Shown here piece after piece: positions 57,801 through 64,000 of a DNA stretch of 64,000 bases. Both the position numbers and the translations under genes were made by a program. The notes below the pieces were generated by a model, which saw only the letters and a list, made by a program, of their open reading frames with translations, was not told where the DNA came from and made no database searches. The DNA comes from a virus, in IMG/VR virus record IMGVR_UViG_3300017925_000001, positions 45,725 to 109,724 of that record. One strand, given 5' to 3'. The stretch's first letter is position 1. The number at the start of each line of letters is the position of its first letter.

Positions 57801-57992
57801 TCACCGGACTTTCTCCCAGTGCCCAATACCCGGCACTTCTTCACCGCCCATAGTGCTAGGTTCTAGTGTCCAGACCCACTTCTGTTTCTTGCGCCCTAGC
57901 TTCTTTGCAATCATCCATTCCTTGTGGGCTTGATAGTTCTTGTCATTGTTCTCCTTGCGACCACGACCACGCTTGACTTGTTCAGTTGCCAT
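57801..57992 (-). CDS. Small basic hypothetical protein
   Basis: Coupled to the rtcB stop; AGGAG SD. Confidence 0.45.
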   Translation of the reverse strand: MATEQVKRGRGRKENNDKNYQAHKEWMIAKKLGRKKQKWVWTLEPSTMGGEEVPGIGHWEKVR

Positions 57993-59218
57993 TATGAAGC
58001 TCCTTTCACACAGAGAAATTGCTTCAGTGTAGCTACAGGCGTCACGAGATCCGACTGCGCAGCCATCACATCTTCTATGGGCTTGTACGCAGCTGGTGTC
58101 TCGTCTAATACTGAGGCGTCCTTGCGACATTCCACGCCTTCAGTTGCGGCAACGTGATCTGCAATCGTGAATCGCCGCTCCGCTTCCTTGCGACCCATAG
58201 CACGTCCAGCGCCGTGAGAGCAGGAGCAAAAGCTATCGCGGTTTCCAAGGCCGCGCACGATGTACGTTCTCGCACCCATGGAACCTGGGATGATACCCCA
58301 GTCACCATCTTGGGCGCGCACCGCACCCTTGCGCGTTACCATGACATTCTTGCCAAAGTGCTTTTCCCAGTTCACGTAATTGTGATGGCAGTTAATCACG
58401 TTGCCAGGAGTCACACTTTCAACATGCAGTGCATCAGCTACAGCTTTCAACACTGCTTGCAGCATCAGTTCGCGGTTCTTCAGAGCAAACCTCTGCGCAA
58501 AGCGTACGGCCTGAGTGTATTCGACAAACGCGTTGGTACCTTCAGGCAGATAGGCGAGGTCTTTGTTGGGCAGTGGCACATAATACTGCTCACACTTCTT
58601 TTGCGCCACCTCGGTGAAGTAGCTGCCAATCTTGTTGCCAAGGCCGCGTGACCCCGAGTGCAATACGATCCATACCCAACCATGCTCATCCTCGGACAGC
58701 TCGATGAAGTGATTGCCGGTGCCGAGGGTTCCCAGCTGCCGGAAAGTATTCTTAGATTGCGCGCCGGGATTCTTGGTGCAGATCTCCTCATACTCAGTAG
58801 CGAAGTCTGCATCCCAGACAGCTTGAATGCGCTCGGGCACATTACCCCAAGCTCCGATGTCCCGAGGGCCACCATTGTCTGAGCGACCATTGGGCACAGC
58901 GCGCTCGATGAACTCGCGGAGGGCCTTCAGGTCTACAAACTCAGAGCGCTTGAAAGGAAGTGGGGCCGCAAGCATTCCGCAACCGATGTCCACACCTACA
59001 GCGGCGGGAACGATAGCTCCAAGCGTAGGCAACACTGTGCCAATCGCTGAGCCATTACCCCAGTGCGCATCAGGCATCGAGGCTACCCACTGCCATACAA
59101 AGGGCAGCTGGGCTACAGCCTTTAACTGCTCGATCACTTTGTCCTCGAAGTACACACCTTTCTTCCAGGCCTTGATGATCTTTCCGTTGCCAGCGTCAAT
59201 CACTTCGTAGTTGCTCAT
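57992..59218 (-). CDS. rtcB: RNA ligase RtcB
   Basis: 'MPDAH.G', 'VGVDIGCG', 'GTLGTGNHFIE', 'HSGSRG', 'HHNY', 'RKGA', 'PGSMG', 'SHGAGR', 'DE.P.AYK'. Confidence 0.96.
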   Translation of the reverse strand: MSNYEVIDAGNGKIIKAWKKGVYFEDKVIEQLKAVAQLPFVWQWVASMPDAHWGNGSAIGTVLPTLGAIVPAAVGVDIGCGMLAAPLPFKRSEFVDLKALREFIERAVPNGRSDNGGPRDIGAWGNVPERIQAVWDADFATEYEEICTKNPGAQSKNTFRQLGTLGTGNHFIELSEDEHGWVWIVLHSGSRGLGNKIGSYFTEVAQKKCEQYYVPLPNKDLAYLPEGTNAFVEYTQAVRFAQRFALKNRELMLQAVLKAVADALHVESVTPGNVINCHHNYVNWEKHFGKNVMVTRKGAVRAQDGDWGIIPGSMGARTYIVRGLGNRDSFCSCSHGAGRAMGRKEAERRFTIADHVAATEGVECRKDASVLDETPAAYKPIEDVMAAQSDLVTPVATLKQFLCVKGAS

Positions 59219-59351
59219 TACCACCCCCATTTATCGAACTCTTTTTGGATTTTTGGTACAGGTGTGCGTTTGATACCAATGAAGACGGCGAGGGCCAGCA
59301 GCATAACACCGGCCCATGCCATGAAACCAAAGATGATAAGCAAGGTCCAGT

Positions 59352-59612
59352 TCACTCGGTCACCTCCAGAATGTACTGGATGCGCGAGGTATGAACCCAG
59401 CTCGGATGCTCAGGCGTGCTGAATATGAAGTGCTCGCCCTGCACCAGATCACTGACCTCAGTGTGCATCGTATACGGACAGTACTTTTCGTGACCCGAGA
59501 TGTAAAGCTTGCCAAGCTCCTTATTGATCACATAGGTAGTGTTGCGGGTGCGAACATGAAACACTTGCCCATCGCTGATGTCCTGCAGTGCTACGGTCTG
59601 CTTGACTTTCAT
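59352..59612 (-). CDS. Hypothetical protein
   Basis: GGAGG SD. Confidence 0.5.
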   Translation of the reverse strand: MKVKQTVALQDISDGQVFHVRTRNTTYVINKELGKLYISGHEKYCPYTMHTEVSDLVQGEHFIFSTPEHPSWVHTSRIQYILEVTE

Positions 59613-59973
59613 TTCACCTCCAGAAATTGTTCGAAGCTGCTGAAGCCTTCGTTGGGTTGATTGAAGAAGTAGTCAAAGGTGATGCTGGTATCAGCCACCT
59701 TCAAAGACTTCAGTGCTTGCCTATATATCTTGTCCTGCTGACTCTTAAGTTGGTTTATTGCGCGACGAAAACCTTGAGCCATCACTACACGGGATTTAGA
59801 TTTCATGCGCAATTCATTGAAATTCTTCACAGGTCCTCCCACTTTCACAAGCCATGTCTCCTCCAGCATTGCAGAATTCTCTTTCCCCAAGACAGCCATA
59901 GACGCCACCCCGAGAGAGTTAGGGTGACGCCTGTGACTGCCGCTTCGACACACAGACCACACATGTCTTCCTC

Positions 59974-60312
59974 CTAGAGAGCGTTGATCTCCTCTGCCGT
60001 GAAGAGTGGATCACATTCGAACTTTACTACCTTCTTGCATACCTTGTCCCGAGAGATGCTAACTGAGACAGGGCCAACGGAGGACTTGAGGGTAAATTCC
60101 GCGTACTCTCCCTCGGTGACTTTCTTCACAGCTGTGCCGAAAATCTTGCTGATAGCTATGAACTTCTCTTTTTCGTAGAAGTACAACCTGGCTTCTTGAA
60201 AGTGCTCACTGTTTGTGACGTAGACACTTCCATCCAAATCGAATGTAGGGCGCGAGTCTAGGAAGCTCGCTACCCTTCTAAGTCCTTCTGCCAGTTCCAA
60301 TGTATTCATCAC
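59974..60312 (-). CDS. Hypothetical protein
   Basis: AGGAG SD; overlap with the helicase stop. Confidence 0.55.
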   Translation of the reverse strand: MMNTLELAEGLRRVASFLDSRPTFDLDGSVYVTNSEHFQEARLYFYEKEKFIAISKIFGTAVKKVTEGEYAEFTLKSSVGPVSVSISRDKVCKKVVKFECDPLFTAEEINAL

Positions 60313-62150
60313 TTCTCCTTTTTGGCTTTGAGTTGATTGATTGCTATGGTGACTTGCCCTGAGTTGATCTGCATATTCTTACAGTCCTGGCAAAGCTCGC
60401 CAGGGGTCCCAGAGCACTTTACCCCGTATGGACACAGACAATAAAGGAAAGGCTTCTTGCCTACCAGCTGCTTCAGATACTTCTTGGCAGCGTTGGACGC
60501 GGGCCCATCCTTCCATGGCGTATTGCGTGCGAGTAGCTTGACTTGACCGGGACGGCAACGATTGACCACCTCATCAGCAGTGGCGAATGCTTCTTGGAGA
60601 GTGTTGAAGATCCCCAGCTCGCGCTCGCGCTCCACTTCAGAATGTGTCAATACATATTCATCCAGGTCGTTCTGATTGATGTGTAACTTCTCGTGACGGT
60701 ACTTGTAGAACTGCCGCGCATCCACGATCTTGCGATCCTCGGGGATGGACAGCACGTAGCCGCCATCTGCTGTGCTCATCCACATCAGCTTGGAGAACTC
60801 TTTAACTTCTTCACTATAAGGTTCAGCGAAGAGATCCAAGGACTCGATGTAGACTTTGACTTTGCTAAGATCATCCAATTGAGACAGATCAATGCTTGGA
60901 TACTTCTCTTGCAGGGCTTCTACCTTCTCAATAGCTGCAGTGACGCTCTCCCCATGTAAGTTAAAATCAGGGTTGAGCCCAACCAAAGAGGGAAGAGTGA
61001 CAAGAGCGCAACGCTTGTTGTTGTCACAAACGTCTATAATGAAGCAATCTCGTTTCTTCAGAGGCATGCCCAATTTAAGCGCTTCGAGCAAGTTGCCTGT
61101 GCTTTCCTCTAGCCGCGTGCCTCGACCAATCTTCTGAGTGTATCGAGAACTGCTCTTCGTTGGAGCAGCATCCAACACACACATGACTTGCCAAACATCG
61201 AAGCCTTCGGTGAGCAGAGCGCAATTGCAAAGTACAGTGATGTCTCCCGCTTTGAACCGCATTAGTTTTGCTGTGCGCTCTGGGTCCGTTCCCCAAATTG
61301 ACTCCGCTTTGATACTCGCTTTGCGGAATGTGTCAGCAAGGTCTTTGGTGTGCTGCACATCTACAGTGAAGGCAATGGTTTGACGGTTCTCAGCTACATC
61401 CTGCCAACACTTTACGATCTGCTGATTGCGTGTTACAGTATTGACCACTTCGGACAATGCGTCTTGCTGATAGTCTCCCGCAGTTGTTTTGACTTCGCTT
61501 AGGTCTGTCTCGGTCTTCAGGCGAAAACCCCGAATAGGAACTAGCCAACCATCTCGAATAGCTTGGCGTATAGTGTATTTGTGTACAATTTTCTTGAAGA
61601 TGCTCTTCAAAGACAACAAGTCCGCATCATCCAGTACTTCAAAATGTTTCTGCTTCCGCAAATTTTTCCGTTTGGGCGTAGCTGTCACACCCAACAACAA
61701 CTTTTTGGTGCCTGCTTTGAGAACTCCAGAAGCTTCCAGCACATTCATGTAGGTGGAGGCTATACCATGATGGCATTCATCAATGACAACCTTGTCAATG
61801 TTGTCCCATCCGAAGCGCTCCATGCGGGTTGCTCCGGTACGCCCGATGCTCGCCACGCATGATACAATTACATCGCAGTCTGTGTCTGCATAATGCTCTG
61901 CCATCTCTTTGCCGATCTTCAGTTTTGGGTTCCAAAAGCGCATGGCAGCAATGGCTTGATCTACCAGCTCTTCACGATGCACGGTCACTAGCATCTTGCC
62001 GGGAAGCACATGCTTCAGCTTTTGCGGAAGATTGGAAAATAGAACAGTCTTTCCAGTACCCGTAGCAGCCATCACGAGTTGTTGTGTGGTCCCTTCAGTG
62101 TAATTTTGGAGAACAGCATTGAGTTGCTCTTCTTGATATGGGCGTAGCAA
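60309..62150 (-). CDS. SF2 DEAD/DEAH helicase
   Basis: 'LRPYQ', 'ATGTGKT', 'DECHH', 'TATP', 'LTEGFD', 'Q.IGRGTR'; TTG start with AGGAGG SD. Confidence 0.92.
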   Translation of the reverse strand: MLRPYQEEQLNAVLQNYTEGTTQQLVMAATGTGKTVLFSNLPQKLKHVLPGKMLVTVHREELVDQAIAAMRFWNPKLKIGKEMAEHYADTDCDVIVSCVASIGRTGATRMERFGWDNIDKVVIDECHHGIASTYMNVLEASGVLKAGTKKLLLGVTATPKRKNLRKQKHFEVLDDADLLSLKSIFKKIVHKYTIRQAIRDGWLVPIRGFRLKTETDLSEVKTTAGDYQQDALSEVVNTVTRNQQIVKCWQDVAENRQTIAFTVDVQHTKDLADTFRKASIKAESIWGTDPERTAKLMRFKAGDITVLCNCALLTEGFDVWQVMCVLDAAPTKSSSRYTQKIGRGTRLEESTGNLLEALKLGMPLKKRDCFIIDVCDNNKRCALVTLPSLVGLNPDFNLHGESVTAAIEKVEALQEKYPSIDLSQLDDLSKVKVYIESLDLFAEPYSEEVKEFSKLMWMSTADGGYVLSIPEDRKIVDARQFYKYRHEKLHINQNDLDEYVLTHSEVERERELGIFNTLQEAFATADEVVNRCRPGQVKLLARNTPWKDGPASNAAKKYLKQLVGKKPFLYCLCPYGVKCSGTPGELCQDCKNMQINSGQVTIAINQLKAKKEK

Positions 62151-62161
62151 GTATGTCCTCC

Positions 62162-62446
62162 TTATAGAATGTCTGGCAGCGCTTCTATCGCTGTTTTGCG
62201 CGCTGCTTGTGCTTGTCTCTTCGTTGGGAAGTAGCCAAGGAACTTCGGCTTGTTTGGCTCTGGGCTGTAGATCGCCCGCCATTTGCCTTGGTGCTTGTCT
62301 ACTCCACCTGTGTACAGTCCCATCTTCACAGCATGCCGGTGATTGCCCAGCACACTGCGCCATTCAAGATTGTCAGCTTGGCAATGTGTCTTGCATCCGT
62401 CCTTGTGATTCACCTCTGGCAAGCCTAGAGGATTAGGGATGGCCAT
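62162..62446 (-). pseudogene. N-terminally truncated HNH-AP2 endonuclease
   Basis: Begins at 'IPNPLGLPEVNHKDG' and lacks the NUMOD4 part seen in paralogs at 34817 and 52673. Confidence 0.55.
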
Positions 62447-62714
62447 CTCCTTCCCAGCACAGGACTGATTTCGGCGCGTTCTTGTGCTCTGCTCGATACT
62501 GCCGTGTTACTGTGCCTAATGGTACTTGGTCGGCAGGAGAGGGAAAGTTGGAGGTACGCTCTCCCTGCGCTGCGTATGCACTGCCCTCTGATGCCGTAGC
62601 ACGTACATCGGCGTGCTGTGGATGCTCGTTGAAGTACACAGGGCGATCCCCGATATTCTGAGCGAAGGCACTGATGGTGAACAACATCAAAATGAAACCA
62701 AGAATGTCAGTCAT
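62433..62714 (-). CDS. Small secreted hypothetical protein
   Basis: Signal peptide; C-terminal 'PLG.V.RQYR..H' motif. Confidence 0.55.
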   Translation of the reverse strand: MTDILGFILMLFTISAFAQNIGDRPVYFNEHPQHADVRATASEGSAYAAQGERTSNFPSPADQVPLGTVTRQYRAEHKNAPKSVLCWEGDGHP

Positions 62715-63094
62715 AGTTTTCCAATGAGTTTCCTCATTCTCCTTAACTCGTAAAGTTGAGCTTGCTCTCCCCGTGGGATGCGATACTTTCCCTCATCAGC
62801 CTCTGGTTCTTCTCGGGGTGCCTCGCCATGCCAGTGCCAAGGTGTCATTTCTACTTTGTCTAGTTCACGCAAACGTTGTACTACACTGAAGGTACGCTCT
62901 GTATCCTCCTCTATTTGTGGATGTTCCTTCGTAAACTGAGCAGCATCGTGTAAGCGTTCAATGGCTAGGGCTGTGCGTAGCGAATCAATAGGCTTGAAAG
63001 CTTGTTGCACACGCTCTAGGCGGCACACAGGGCAACCAGCGGGCGAATTCAGCGCAAACCAATGACCACACACTTTACATTGTCCGCAAATCAT
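62711..63094 (-). CDS. Hypothetical Zn-finger protein
   Basis: MICGQCKVCGH...CPVC; GGAGG SD. Confidence 0.5.
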   Translation of the reverse strand: MICGQCKVCGHWFALNSPAGCPVCRLERVQQAFKPIDSLRTALAIERLHDAAQFTKEHPQIEEDTERTFSVVQRLRELDKVEMTPWHWHGEAPREEPEADEGKYRIPRGEQAQLYELRRMRKLIGKL

Positions 63095-63275
63095 TTGTCT
63101 TCCTCCGTTCCTTGTTCTTCTCCAGCACAAGGTGGTAGAACGTAGCGTGCGCATGCCACCCCACAGCTGTGCCTAGCACGAACCGTCGTACGCGGGTGTT
63201 GCAGTTGAATAACTCAACCATTCCCAGTACAGCAAGGAAGCCATGCACTAAGCCCTTCATATGCTTTTCTTTCAT
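63075..63275 (-). CDS. Small membrane protein
   Basis: Hydrophobic segments; AGGAG SD. Confidence 0.4.
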   Translation of the reverse strand: MKEKHMKGLVHGFLAVLGMVELFNCNTRVRRFVLGTAVGWHAHATFYHLVLEKNKERRKTNDLRTM

Positions 63276-63485
63276 GGCTACTCCTTGGGCAAGCGATTGT
63301 AATCCTCAGATGTAAAGGGACGCGTGCTATGAGGCAGTTTCTTGAACAGTTTTTTGGCCTGTTTGCGAGCTTTGTTTGTCATAATGCCCTCCGTAGGCCA
63401 TACGTCTGCACCCGTCCCTTCCCAGTTGCGTCTGGTGGTTACGTTGCATTGAATGGCCTACGCAGGGCATCACCCCGCGCCGTGC

Positions 63486-64000
63486 TTAGTATCGCTCAGC
63501 TTCTATGCGTGTGAGGAAGAAGTGTATTCCTCCACCGCACTCTGTCCAGCGATCCTCATTCCATTTGTCACAGCGTACAATTTGTCCTACACGATATTGC
63601 ACGTTGGGATCATGTTGGCTGATACCAACTTCAGCACCAACCACTTCTAGTACTTTGACATGCTCAGCACGGCACTTGCGTCCTGTGGCATGGCTACGCT
63701 TTGCTGTGTTTCCCACAACAAGGCGCACAAGTACGTCATTTCTACATTTCTTCCAGCCCCAAATAGGGCCAGTCTCAGGCAGGATAGACGACTTTGCTAA
63801 AACAAGTTGAATGTCTTGGGCATCTTTGAGGTTCGCGCTCCTGAGGTTCGCGCCACTGAGGTCCGCGCCACTGAGGTCCGCGCCTCTGAGGTTCGCGTCC
63901 CTGAGGTTCGCGCTCCTGAGGTTCGCGCCACTGAGGTCCGCGCCACTGAGGTCCGCGCCTCTGAGGTTCGCGTCCCTGAGGTTCGCGCTCCTGAGGTTCG
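63486..64000 (-). CDS. Pentapeptide-repeat protein with DUF5758-like C-terminus (5'-partial)
   Basis: A(N/D)L(R/S)x repeats read continuously into 'GWKKC...KCRA...Y..G..V..D...[10 protein letters not shown]'. Confidence 0.85.
   Translation of the reverse strand, partial: NLRSANLRDANLRGADLSGADLSGANLRSANLRDANLRGADLSGADLSGANLRSANLKDAQDIQLVLAKSSILPETGPIWGWKKCRNDVLVRLVVGNTAKRSHATGRKCRAEHVKVLEVVGAEVGISQHDPNVQYRVGQIVRCDKWNEDRWTECGGGIHFFLTRIEAERY
63826..64000. repeat. 15-bp tandem repeat with 75-bp higher-order unit
   Basis: CTGAGGT(T/C)CGCGnnn units; 63827-63900 is repeated exactly 75 bp downstream. Confidence 0.9.

Noticed and set aside
62151-62363. N-terminal extension of the helicase in the ORF track
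   Set aside because: It overlaps the HNH remnant; a TTG with a strong SD gives the canonical LRPYQ start
63826-64000. CRISPR-like array
   Set aside because: Contiguous 15-bp units without spacers that encode pentapeptide repeats
1-64000. Alternative genetic code (stop-codon reassignment)
   Set aside because: Long genes are intact in the standard code and end in TAA, TAG and TGA

Overview
A 64 kb internal segment of a large tailed dsDNA phage genome with podovirus-like virion genes. An Acidobacteriota host is tentatively inferred from protein families. Two convergent arms meet at a strong terminator (~33.5 kb). The + arm (1-33.5 kb) is late/structural: glycosyltransferases, a Thr-rich collagen-like fibre, several modular fibres, a giant tail tubular/adaptor-like protein interrupted by an ORF-less group IA intron, GNAT and ejection proteins, an exonuclease, a dNMP kinase, a serine protease and free-standing homing endonucleases. 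The - arm (33.6-64 kb) is early/middle: a Clp-type AAA+ ATPase, lysozymes, nucleotide-pool enzymes, RecA, a resolvase, primase-helicase, a nucleotidyltransferase, a circularly permuted tmRNA, a PD-(D/E)XK nuclease, a ParB-like protein, RtcB, an SF2 helicase and a pentapeptide-repeat protein. The most striking unexplained signal is a dispersed ~80-nt structured RNA element in five copies. It has two hairpins, and the second loop co-varies with and pairs over the downstream Shine-Dalgarno region; most copies precede homing-endonuclease cassettes. Also notable: a permuted tmRNA with an atypical tag alongside an IGF-loop ATPase, a RecA lacking the catalytic Glu, non-canonical start codons, and an HNH gene that duplicated its host gene's N-terminus. 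All protein calls rest on motif recognition by eye, not database searches.
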